The notes under the pieces are model-generated. The model was not told where the DNA came from and did no database searches. It saw only the letters and a list, made by a program, of their open reading frames with translations. A stretch of DNA of 20,000 nucleotides from Folioceros fuciformis (lineage: Eukaryota): NCBI GenBank assembly GCA_049999805.1, contig JBNGIO010006131.1:167745-187744 (forward strand), written 5' to 3'. The number at the start of each line of letters is the position of its first letter. The stretch's first letter is position 1. The position numbers and the translations under genes were made by a program. Positions 1 to 9,621 of the stretch are shown one piece after another.

Positions 1-75
1 GACAAAATTTTCCATTCTATTCTAAACAACATTGGCTGAGGGTTTCTTACCTAATCGGCGGTCACCTTCATGACA
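1..75. repeat. LTR-like terminus, copy 1 (ends ...GGTCACCTTCATGACA; truncated by the window edge)
   Basis: Direct repeat of 3938-4013 with a handful of mismatches. Similarity stops sharply at TGACA, a canonical TG..CA LTR terminus. Confidence 0.75.
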
Positions 76-277
76 GTTGTCGTGCTAGGGCAATGTTGTG
101 ATGAGTCGAGTCCTGAGCCTGGCCAGCACCCACTTGAAGCTTGGGGTTCCAGCTTGCACATTCAACATTTGTACCTGTATCCTAGTGTTGTTTCCCACTA
201 CTCTCCATGTCACAGATTGCAACACAATCTGCTGCAAGTGAGGACAGTCCATGTCCAGAAAATGGAAGATTCTGATA

Positions 278-289
278 CCCCCCCTCCCC
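278..289 (-). other. Putative polypurine tract of the gypsy element
   Basis: Minus strand reads GGGGAGGGGGGG just after the PHD, followed by TATCAG (plausibly a mutated TGTCAG LTR start at 277). Confidence 0.6.
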
Positions 290-322
290 AGCTGATTGTG
301 CCATAGTTACAGCTGGTGCAGG

Positions 323-457
323 ATAGCGAGGGCAGTACCAAAGCTGCTCAGGAACCTCCGAGAGAGGTGGATTGAGACAGAACAAATGGTAACCACCGTT
401 GCGGTGGTCACAAAGTAGCATCAACTCAGCATCGTCAATCCTCCTGCATACTTGGCA
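323..457 (-). other. PHD finger at the C-terminus of the gypsy integrase (degenerate)
   Basis: CQVC...LLCDHR...YHLFC...WYCPRY fits the C4HC3 PHD pattern with the conserved W-x-C. Two Zn ligands are mutated (C>R, C>Y). Same frame as the integrase C-terminal fragment 596..805. Confidence 0.85.
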
Positions 458-3356
458 TGGGTAATCTCGAGGAGGAATCCAATCGGCGGTGACAATGGTT
501 GGGTTCAAATTAGGAAGGTGGCAGGGCGCGCAATTCTTCATATGGTCTGTGATGGTGCGCCCATCTTACCCTTGCAGTAGCAAGACCCCATTTGGTCAGA
601 CCTCCTTGACTCGCAGCACATGACGGCTACTGACAGTGTCCAAAGTGTCCCCTGTTTGCCGTTGCAAGTATACGAAATCCTGCACTTGAAATTTCTTCAG
701 TTTGGGTCTGAAACTACCACTATGAGTGTATGCATACCGCAATGTGTCCCGGTGCTGTGCAATGCGGAGATTGGCCATTGCCATGGGCATTACTTGCCAG
801 AACAATGCAGCCCTCTCACCAATAGCACGTGCCCAAGCAGCAAATCCAAAACTTATGCCATTTGCTTGGCAATAGCACTAGGTGGTATGGGCTCCCTCCC
901 AAACAGCAAAAAGTAGGGACTAAAGTGAGCTAAGGAGGCATGTTTGCTGAGCCTGTACCCCATGGCAATGTATGGTAGGGCCAAATCCCACTCTGTCTTG
1001 GGATCCGTAAGCACAGTTTCCTCAGCCCCTTCTTGATTGTTTGCACCATACACTCTGCGAGACCATCGTCTTGGGGGTGGTCTCGGCTAGTCTTGCGATG
1101 GTCAATCAATGCTGTATCCAGCAGATCTTGGAATTCTCCTCGGAATTCAGAGCCCTGATCTGTCAAGCACTCAGCACAACTTCCAAAGCGTGCTAGCACA
1201 TTCTGAAGGAAAGCCTGCGCTGTGCTTTTGGATGTCTTATTAGGAAGGGCCACCACTTTGATCCACTTGTTGAAATGCTCCATCATAACAAGCACGTAGA
1301 CATTGCCCCTTGGTGTACGAGGGAGTTCCCCAAGCAGATCACAGGACCACCGAAAGAACAGACCCATGATGGGCAAAGGCTGTAGCTGTGGATTCTGAAT
1401 GTTGAAGGTGGTCTTAACTCTGTCACACTCCACACAACGAGCCACTTGTTGCTTCACCTGGGCATGCATCCCATACCAATGAAAATGTGGAACCAAGAGG
1501 CTATAGGTCCTTTTGACACCAAAGTGACCCATGTCGTCATGACCTCAACGAATCAACTGCTCCCTCTCAGCTGGTGGAGGCACAAGACGTTCCACTCCGT
1601 TACCCAGCCTTTGCAGCAAGTAGTTGTCTCACCAGTAGTACAGCTCAGCACGTAGACGGATCCGCTCCTGGACTGCTGGCTTTAGTGACGTGTCCTATTG
1701 TCTAGTTTGCACAAAGTGCAAAGTCTCAACATCCTCCCAAATGTCCTTAGGCCTAGTAGTACTTGCATTAACCTCCAGCTGACCCAAGCATATCATGGCC
1801 ACCAGGGCTGCCACATCAAGACCCTCTGCCTCATCGCTATCCAGATCCTATCGGGTTGCGGTTACATCAACATGACTGTCACTAGGATTCTTAGACAAGG
1901 TGTCGGCATTCTGGTGTTTCACGCCGGGCTTGTGCACCACATTGAACTCATAATCTTGCAAGATCATAGCCCATCTTGCCAGTTTACCATTGACCTTGGT
2001 GCTCATCATCAACCACTTGAGAGGCTGGTGATTTGTCACCAATGTAAAGGGCTTCCCAAACAGATATGGGCGGAAATGGCAAACAGCCCACACGGCCGCT
2101 AAGCATTCCCCATGGTAACTGCTGTAGTTGGCCTCCGCACGGTTATTGCTTCGGGATGCGTAAGCTATAATGCACTCGTGTCCCTCTTCATCTAGCTGTG
2201 TGAGGACAGCCCCAAGAGCCAGCACACTCCAATCTATGTGCACCACAAAGGCCTTGGAAAAATTAGGTCTGGCCATCACGGGGGCTGCGGTTAGCTGAGC
2301 CTTGAGCATGTCAAAGGCCTCCTGTGCAGCATCTGTCCAGCTCCACTGCACATCCTTGCACAACATATCATTCAGTGGCTTTGCAATTCGGCTAAAACTT
2401 TGGATGTATACCGTGTAATAGTTGCATAAGCCCAAGAAAGCCCTCAATGCTGAAACATTGGTTGGCTCCTTCACTTGCAAGATGGCCTGCACCTTGGCTG
2501 AATGTGGCATAACCCCCTTTGGCACAATTCGATGTCCCAAATAAGCCACAATATCCATGCCAAATTCGCATTTGGCAGGATGGCAAGTCAAGTTTACCTT
2601 GCGCAGTCGAATGAATAGATCCTCAAGGTGCTCCAAGTGACTCTCAAAGTCCAAGCTATGCACCAACACGTCATCAATGTAACATATCATGTGTGTAGAT
2701 CCTGCTAAGACCATGTCCATCACCCGCTGAAACGTAACTGGTGCATTTTTAAAGCCAAAGGGCATCACAAGCCATTCCCATAGCTACCGAGAGCCATGAA
2801 AGGCTGTCTTCTTGATGTCCTCCTCTGCCACCGGGACTTGGTTGAATCCTTGCCGGAGATCCATGGAGAAAAACATAGAATTGCGGATGCTGTCGAATAT
2901 TTCCTCAGGAGTTGGCATGGGATATTGGTCTTGGGCAAGCACAGCGTTGATGGGACGATAGTCCCCACACATTTGCTTCTTTGTCCACATCGCGTTGCTA
3001 TCCTTCTTCAGAGGCATGACTGTTGTTGCAGCATAATCTGAGCTTGAGGGATTAATAAGCCCAACCTCCAGCAACTCCTGGCATCGTGCGTCCACCATCT
3101 CCCACTTCGTTTGGCTGAGCCTGTAACGCCGCCTATAGATGGGCTCATTCCTGGTCAACTTGATGCGGAAGACAGTCACATTGTAACGTTTCAATTCCTT
3201 CATGGAGAAGGCAAAACAATCCTTATATTTCAGCAATAGACTGCGAAACTGAGCCTGCTGCTTGCTTGTGAGCTTGGATCCCATTGTCCAGAGAAAGTTC
3301 TCAGCAAAAGGACGTGGCTTGTGCTCAGCTCCAGCAATCCATGCACAGTCCCCCCC

Positions 3357-3456
3357 NNNNNNNNNNNNNNNNNNNNNNNNNNNNNNNNNNNNNNNNNNNN
3401 NNNNNNNNNNNNNNNNNNNNNNNNNNNNNNNNNNNNNNNNNNNNNNNNNNNNNNNN
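3357..3456. other. Assembly gap (100 N)
   Basis: Run of N; true size and contiguity across it are unknown. Confidence 1.
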
Positions 3457-4013
3457 TTGAAAGGAGCTGCGTGACACACGCAGCTTGGTGAGTCAGTAAG
3501 TTATGCCATGAACTCCAACACTGGAATCAAAGGCACTGAAAACGTTCTTCATCCTATCTCCCAATTCCAGAGAAACAAAAACAGGGTTTGAGCTGCCTTC
3601 CCCAAGTTACAGCGCTGTGTGGCGCAAATTCAACAACTACCGGCTTCTACCCTGGCTGCCCCTTTTGCCTAGCACCAGCCATCTTCACGATCCAACGTCC
3701 AGCTGAGTTGGCTTCACGCTCTTGCATCAGCGCTACTCCTTCCATGATGCCTTGCTATTGTACCCTAAGTTCTGCTGTTTTCCCATATTGGTCAGCAAGG
3801 TTACACCAACAACAAGTTGGGAAATACTCAACATGTGTTTCGACTCAACTTGCCTAGAAACATCTAGCTATTTCTAAGCTAGTTTGCAAAATATCTAGCT
3901 AAGCTAGGTTCATTTATCCTAGAATTGGTTTACTTCAGACATATATTTACTATTCTATTCTAAGCAACATTGGATGAGGGTTTCTTACCTAACCGGCGGT
4001 CACCTTCATGACA
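3457..4013. mobile_element. LTR-like segment, copy 2, inserted into the copia integrase
   Basis: 3938-4013 matches 1-75 and ends in TGACA exactly where the copia integrase reading frame is cut (4014). Non-coding; left boundary hidden in the gap. Confidence 0.7.
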
Positions 4014-5781
4014 TTATAGAGTTGAAAGGAAGCAAACGCTTTAGATTTATGCCTGAGGAAATAGAGGTGGGTGTAGTGGCTACAATCATCCAGAAGGACA
4101 AACATGTGCAACTTTCTGTTTAGAGATTTTGTATACATGGGGCCACAAAGGTCAACATGTACTTATGCTAAAACGCTATTTGTGGTACTTATTGATCTAG
4201 GATATGGCTGCGTGTGCTGCTTGCCCATCAAGCAACCTTCACATAAAGGCAGGTCAACATGAAATCGGCGAGGTAATCCATCGACCATTTGTTTGGATTG
4301 CATGAGTTTTATGCCCTAGAAGTGTAAGTGGGCTAGCCTCAAGTGCCAAAGTGTTGTTTGGGAACTGTGGTTGAGGTGAGCAGCAAGGCTTACACTTGTG
4401 GGTTGGGAAGGAGCAGAAACTCCAATCTCCACGAGGAAGAGTCCCCTTGTAGGATGGCAATGGATCGACATGTCCTGGCCTACAGAGGTGGTAGTGTGGA
4501 TAACGCACCCATGTTGGTTGAAGATGATGCTACAATTAGGATTGCAGATTATCTAATTCACAAAGAGCAAATTCTCGGACAGCTTGGGGACGTGTACGAC
4601 GTCCCTCACACAAGCTGTAAAGTCATGCACCTAGAGTTGAATGGTGCCCTTGCCCACGGCCATGTGAGGAGAGTCGTCTCTCATGAGGACAGGTAGGGAT
4701 ACCTCAAGTAGTGAGTAGTCCGTGAACCATTCTTCTCGCGAGGTCATGTGTTCCGTTGCTCCCAAGTCAAGCAGCCAGTGATTTGGAAGGATGGAACTTG
4801 CAGCCAAGGCGGAGATAGCAGTGAAGAGGTAAGCATTTGTGGAAGTGGTGGCAACAGATGTGCTAGAAGTACTTCCTGGTTTATCCCTCTGTTTCTTTCT
4901 GCAGTCTAGGGCTATATGCCCTCTCTTACCGCAATAGTGACATGTTTTGTCTTTGTGATTAGGGTTGTTGGAAGGTGGTGGTCTACTAGGACCGGGAGTA
5001 GAGCCAAAATTTCTAGATCCAGCTTTGAATCTAGAGCTGAAGGAGGAGAGTTGTCTCCTGCAAAGAGAGTTGAAGGAGGAGAGTTGTCTCCTACAAAGAG
5101 AGTTGAAGGAGGAGAGTTGTCTCTTGCAAAGAGAGTTGAAGGAGGAGAGTTGTCTCTTGCAAAGAGAGCTGAAGGAGGAGAGTTGTCTCATGCAATCAAT
5201 ACATCTTCGTTGTGGATTTTCATCAAAAGACTTGCTAAGGTTAGTGGTCTTTGTTTGGTAGCCTGATTGGCTTCTGTAGAGATAAATGACCTCCAAGATT
5301 TTGGGAGGGCCATCAGTAATTGTGTGACCTATTGTTCCTTCTTCAGGTCAAGTCTTGTGGAGATAGCGTCGTCTAACGTCTTTTCCCAGGTTTCCAGGAA
5401 ATCCGAGACTGATCCTCCATCCTTGAGTTTGATGGAGGCAAGCTTTTGAGCAGCGAGGAGTTGTGATGGTAAAATTACCTCCTGCAACGATGCCACAAGC
5501 TTGTCCCATAAGGATTTAGCATCAAGTTGTCGTCTCTCAGTAGGTAGGATTCTGTCTCCTATGTACAGGATGAGCTCCACGTGGGTAGAGGCATCCTTGA
5601 CGATCCAAGCAAGTTCGTCTACATAATTCTTGGCTGGTCTAGGCTCAGAGCCGTTGACCACAGGCCATAGCATCAACGTTTTGAGGAGAGATTCCACCCG
5701 TATAGACCATGTCCCATAGTTGTGGTGAGTTAATTTTTCTATCTAGTAATGTCTTCCTTGTGTTGAAGGAAGAGTAGCCAT
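4014..5781 (-). mobile_element. Degenerate Ty1/copia gag-protease-integrase (5' part of polyprotein), truncated at 4014
   Basis: From ATG 5781: MATLP...IEKLTHHNYGTWSIRVESLLK (copia gag N-terminus), LLMALPKSW, zinc knuckle CHYCGKRGHIALDC, protease WLLDLGATEHMT, V.HVPKLSENLL. Manual translation beyond the ORF track gives integrase LWHLRLAH...CEGCLMGKQ and VHVDLCGPM...LLDDCSHYTHLYFLRHKS. Several in-frame stops and a frameshift near 5033. Confidence 0.93.
5033..5195. repeat. 33-bp tandem repeat, about 5 copies, inside copia gag
   Basis: Unit AGAG(C/T)TGAAGGAGGAGAGTTGTCTC(C/T)TGCAAAG starting at 5033, 5066, 5099, 5132, 5165; visible as 11-aa repeats in several ORF-track frames. Confidence 0.95.
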
Positions 5782-5813
5782 CGTAGGCTACAGGAGTCAT
5801 GGATCTATTCCAT

Positions 5814-5825
5814 GCTCTGATACCA
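5814..5825 (-). other. Primer-binding site (initiator tRNA-Met) of the copia element
   Basis: Minus strand TGGTATCAGAGC, just upstream of the gag ATG and preceded by ...AACACA (LTR end). Confidence 0.9.
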
Positions 5826-5827
5826 TG

Positions 5828-5920
5828 TGTTAAACTGAGAATGGAGAGACTAAAAATTGTATTCTATGTGTTGATTGTATCACAAGCTGTACCGGGCAAT
5901 GTTCTGATGGCTTGTTAACA
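5828..5920 (-). repeat. Possible short or truncated 5' LTR of the copia element
   Basis: Abuts the PBS and is bounded by the inverted hexamers TGTTAA...TTAACA. Only 93 bp and no second copy in the window. Confidence 0.4.
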
Positions 5921-6239
5921 AAAGAAATTTAGACTGCAGAATGATTTGCGGCAACTTCCCTACTCGTCGGGCTCACCTAAAAAAGCTAATGTCCTGCCAG
6001 CCTGCACTCATCACTACGACTATGACCACACCCCGCTGTCGCAGTGTCTCCATACCATAGTGTCTGCACCCGCGCTCCATCCCGGGTGCATTTTATCACC
6101 TGAGATGTTGATATTTTTTGGTAGATTACGTATGTGATGGCTCTCGCCCTTCCTTCTTGATCTTCCAGCTGCCTCGTATGCCTCATACCAGCTTATCTTG
6201 CGCCCTAGGAAGCCATGGTTGACCTGCCCCGATCTGTTT

Positions 6240-6550
6240 TGGACTTGCCACATTCTGACTTGCCATGATCTGCCTCTGCCCTGCCATGTTCGGTCTCCAC
6301 TCTCCTGTGCTCAACTTCCGACTTGCCATGGTCAACTTCAAACCTAGTCTCCACTCTCCTACGCTCAAATTCCAACCTACTACGCTCAGATTTCGACTTG
6401 GTCTCCCCTCTCCCGCGCTCATGTTCTGACTTGCCACGCTTTGCTTCCTTTTTGGTCTTCGCTATCCCGCAGTCAACTTCCGACTGGCCATGCTCAGCTT
6501 CAAATTTGCCACATCAGCTTACGACATGCCGGGCTCAGTTTCTGACTTTC
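6240..6550. repeat. Degenerate interspersed short repeats upstream of the Myb/SANT ORF
   Basis: GACTTGCCA recurs near 6242, 6257, 6320, 6428 (variant near 6482); GTCTCC(A/C)CTCTCC...GCTCA recurs near 6292, 6346, 6400. Confidence 0.6.
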
Positions 6551-6597
6551 CTTGAGGGCACCTTCACCATTGCAATCGTTTAGTTGGTCAAGAAAAG

Positions 6598-7470
6598 GTG
6601 ACCTGGACAGATGGAGGGACAGAGAGGTTGATCACGTTATATCAAGACAAGTATTTTCAAGTCAACAAAGGAAATCTAGAGGTAAAGCATTGGCAGGAAA
6701 TTTGCAGCTTGGTTTCCCCGTATTGCACTTGGAGTATTTGTTGGAAGCAATGTAAGCTGAAGGTAAAGGCACTGAAGAAGAAATATAAGCAAGAGGGAGG
6801 AAAGGTGAAGCACGCAACAGGGGGAACACCAAGCTCTTGGCCTTTCTTTGAGAAAATGGACTCCTTCTTGGGCACAAATCCTAAGTTTTGTGGCATTCCA
6901 AGTTCAATTGATGTGGGGATTTTTGTAGTTGATGGTACTTCTGCAGTTCATGAGGACCCAACCACTCTACATGTCATCGACCTTCAGGATGAAGACCTCA
7001 ACCAAGATCCAGCAACCTCCCCAGCCAAGCTTGGTGGCAAGAACACCACACCAACTCCAATTCCATCCTCAGGGCCAGCTGCAGATTCTTGTGCCGATGA
7101 TGGGCAAACGACGCCACATACTCCTCCATCACAAATAGAGAAGCTTGTTGGGGTGTCTGCACAACGAAATCAGGGCAAAGAAAGACCAGGAAGTTATCCT
7201 TTAGTGACAAGTCAAATTTTTCGTGAAGGTATGCAAGCTTTTGCTCAAAGTTATGTGCAAATTGAGGAAGCTAAGTTGCTTCATGCATGGGAGTTGGAGA
7301 GACAAAGACTTGAGTTCATGCAGAGTGTGAAACATGCTAAAATTCTTCATGACTTACAATGTCAACAAATGCAAGCCGAAGTCCAACTGAAAATAGCAGA
7401 ATTGTTTGCTAGTTCTCGAGCACCAACAAAACAAAGTAGGCTTACTTTAGACTCTAATGATGAAAAGTGA
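6598..7470 (+). CDS. Myb/SANT-like (trihelix-type) DNA-binding protein, ORF1 of a PIF/Harbinger transposon; true start not identified
   Basis: WTDGGTERLITLY...HWQEI...KQCKLKVKALKKKYKQE...SSWPFFEKMDSFLG is the trihelix/Myb-SANT pattern, followed by a low-complexity linker and a coiled-coil tail (ELERQRLEF). Convergent with a Harbinger transposase. No in-frame ATG before the domain (stop at 6553). Confidence 0.85.
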   Translation: MTWTDGGTERLITLYQDKYFQVNKGNLEVKHWQEICSLVSPYCTWSICWKQCKLKVKALKKKYKQEGGKVKHATGGTPSSWPFFEKMDSFLGTNPKFCGIPSSIDVGIFVVDGTSAVHEDPTTLHVIDLQDEDLNQDPATSPAKLGGKNTTPTPIPSSGPAADSCADDGQTTPHTPPSQIEKLVGVSAQRNQGKERPGSYPLVTSQIFREGMQAFAQSYVQIEEAKLLHAWELERQRLEFMQSVKHAKILHDLQCQQMQAEVQLKIAELFASSRAPTKQSRLTLDSNDEK

Positions 7471-7619
7471 TTTTGCAAGTGAGTTTGTAGAGCTCATGGT
7501 TTTTTTGTATGTTATTCTAAGTGAGCAAGATGACATCACATTTAGTGTAACAAACAATAGCCCTACAAGTATCCAACATACAATAACTTTGTATGTGCCC
7601 TCATCAAATTCTGTACAAC

Positions 7620-8993
7620 CTAGCCACAATTTGTTGTAACCCAGAACTCCAACAATGCTTTTCTTTGTTCTATGCTCACTCGTTGAAGTTGCTTCTCTAC
7701 GGCATTCTCCAAATAAAATGGTTGATATTGCATAGGATAAGGGTTTGGATTTTCCCACACATTAGCCACATCAGGCTCCTTGTGCATGATGCAAAAATTA
7801 TGTAGCATTGTGCAAGCTACTACAATTTTTTTTCAAATTTCCAAATGCATTTTCAATTTCACCCTTTCAAATTTCTATTGAACCGTTGCTTGTTTGATGA
7901 GCATGGTGTATCATATGGCTTTATAAGAAAAGGCATAATTGGATAAGCACTATCACCAACAATAAAAGGCCGAACATTAGTGTTCCTAATCAATATTGTT
8001 GGCTCTGTCAAAATATCATGTAGATGCAATGTGGTCCACACATTACTCTTTTCTGGTCCACACATTACTCTTCCGGAGCATAGCAGAGTCATAGACGCCT
8101 CCTGGAGCAATGCAACTTACATCCAAAAAAATTTGATTATAGTCACAAACTCCTTGAAGAATAACACTGTGCAGATCATGGCATGACCAATACGTAGCTG
8201 GAGTGTACTTGTTAGTAGGCCTAGCAGCTAATTTGATATGTGAACCATCGATTGCACCCACCATATTTGGAGATCCTGTAATTGCAAAAAACTTATATGC
8301 ACATGCTATTTGTCTTTGGCCATTTGGCATGCTGATGAACTTTGAAGCCAACTTCCTTGGATTACTAAGGATGCTAGTAATCAGCTTGGTGTACTCTGTC
8401 ACAGTGGAGGATCCAACTCCATAAGTGTTAGCCACAACTTCAGATGATGCTCCACAAGCTAGCCTGTGCAAGACCATGGCAACTCCAAGCTCAAGTTGTA
8501 GAGGTGGCTTGTTAGACTTCTTTTGAATATAAGGACACAATTCTTCCACCAAAAGCTTGAAAGTTGTGTAGACCATCCTATACTTCCTTCTCCATTGAAC
8601 ATTCAACTGTTCTTGCCCCATAAAGTGCCAAGCATGCATATGTAATGAACTCGAAGTTGTATTTTGGCGTGGAAACTTCCACCAGAATCTCACTGAAGAA
8701 TGCTGCTCAATATACAAATCAAAGAAATAAGCTCCAACCAATGAAAATACTAAAGGAACAACAAAATATCCATCATTACTCATCACAACATCATCCCATT
8801 CTGAGCTCCAAACCATAGGTTGGTCCATACATTCTACACAAGATTTCATGAGAAAGTCAAATAACATATTAAATAACATGAGATCCATGACCTCAAGCAA
8901 ATGAAGACAAGACACAACATTAGGGTTAGCACTAGGCACATGGACGTGAAGAAGCTGCAAGGCATACAAAGAGGAGACGAGGCTATGTATCAT
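7620..8993 (-). pseudogene. PIF/Harbinger (HARBI1-like) DDE transposase, disrupted
   Basis: RMVYTTFKLLVEEL, HTH region (VAMVLHRLACG...YGVGSSTV), GAIDGSHI (D), LQGVCD, GDSAYP (D), EIENAFGNLK (E, out of frame near 7860), ACTMLHNFCI. Frameshift from a 22-bp duplication at 8032-8072 and apparent deletions near 7830-7865. Confidence 0.92.
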
Positions 8994-9621
8994 CGAGGAG
9001 AAAAGAGGAGACGCTATTTTAATAGTAGATTCTTGAGATCATAAAATCGCGAGTCATTAAGACCACGGCTCGGCCACCACCCGGTCCTGGGCTGTGCTGC
9101 GCAGTACGGAAAAAAAAAAACCGAATAAGGCGAAATGTGCCCGTTTTTAACGGTGAGCCTACGCACAACGCCCGGTTCTTATGTGAAGAGCCCCCTTGAG
9201 AGCACACCAGAGATCTTAAGTCTCGAAGAGACACGACTGTTCATGAACGGGCATGACTGTCTAAGTCCTAATTCCCCAGTCAGCTTATCTGTGTTCAGAT
9301 ATGCTCACAACTCAGATATCCTCACAACTGTGGCGCCGACTTCGTGAAGGGACGGATGAAGATAATGCTCCGAGCAAACTGTACATCGTGCACGGTGTTG
9401 TTGTGGGGCATTTTCAGGTCTACCATTGACTGACTCAGGTGTGATGATGGACGTTGGATCACCACGTTATTCCTTCATGTTTCTTCATTCGTAGAAGCCG
9501 CAGGAAGGAAAGAGAGACGAAAAGATCACCCCAAATGTAGCAACCGTAGCAAGAACAACAGAAACAGGCGCCGGACGTGGAAGGCGGTGAGAGGTGGGAG
9601 TTAAAGAGCAAGGGAAAAAAG

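Larger units (their letters stand above)
182..3356 (-). mobile_element. Degenerate Ty3/gypsy LTR-retrotransposon pol (RT - RNase H - integrase - PHD finger); 5' part lost in the assembly gap
   Basis: Minus-strand ORF fragments in gypsy domain order. RT: MCGDYRPIN, MDLRQGFNQV, MPFGFKNAP, YIDDVLV. RNase H: VHIDWS..LGAVLTQ, GECLAAVWAV, VTNHQPLKWL. Integrase: HHCC (H..MGHFG...CVEC) and D-D-E (WSCDLLG, LTDQGSEF, GLAECMV). Fragments are mostly joined in frame across premature stops (e.g. 2784-2786, 1848-1850, 596-598), with frameshifts near 990 and 830. Confidence 0.95.

Noticed and set aside
2784-3479. ORF-track translations spanning the N gap
   Set aside because: Frames across the gap are artefacts; only the part below 3357 is genuine RT sequence.
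3465-3485. Perfect 9-bp hairpin AGCTGCGTG-ACA-CACGCAGCT
   Set aside because: Short, next to the assembly gap inside LTR-like DNA; no U-tract or other functional context.
4916-5266. Plus-strand ORFs with 11-aa repeats (RVEGGELSLAK, QRELKEESCLL)
   Set aside because: Antisense readings of the 33-bp tandem repeat inside copia gag.
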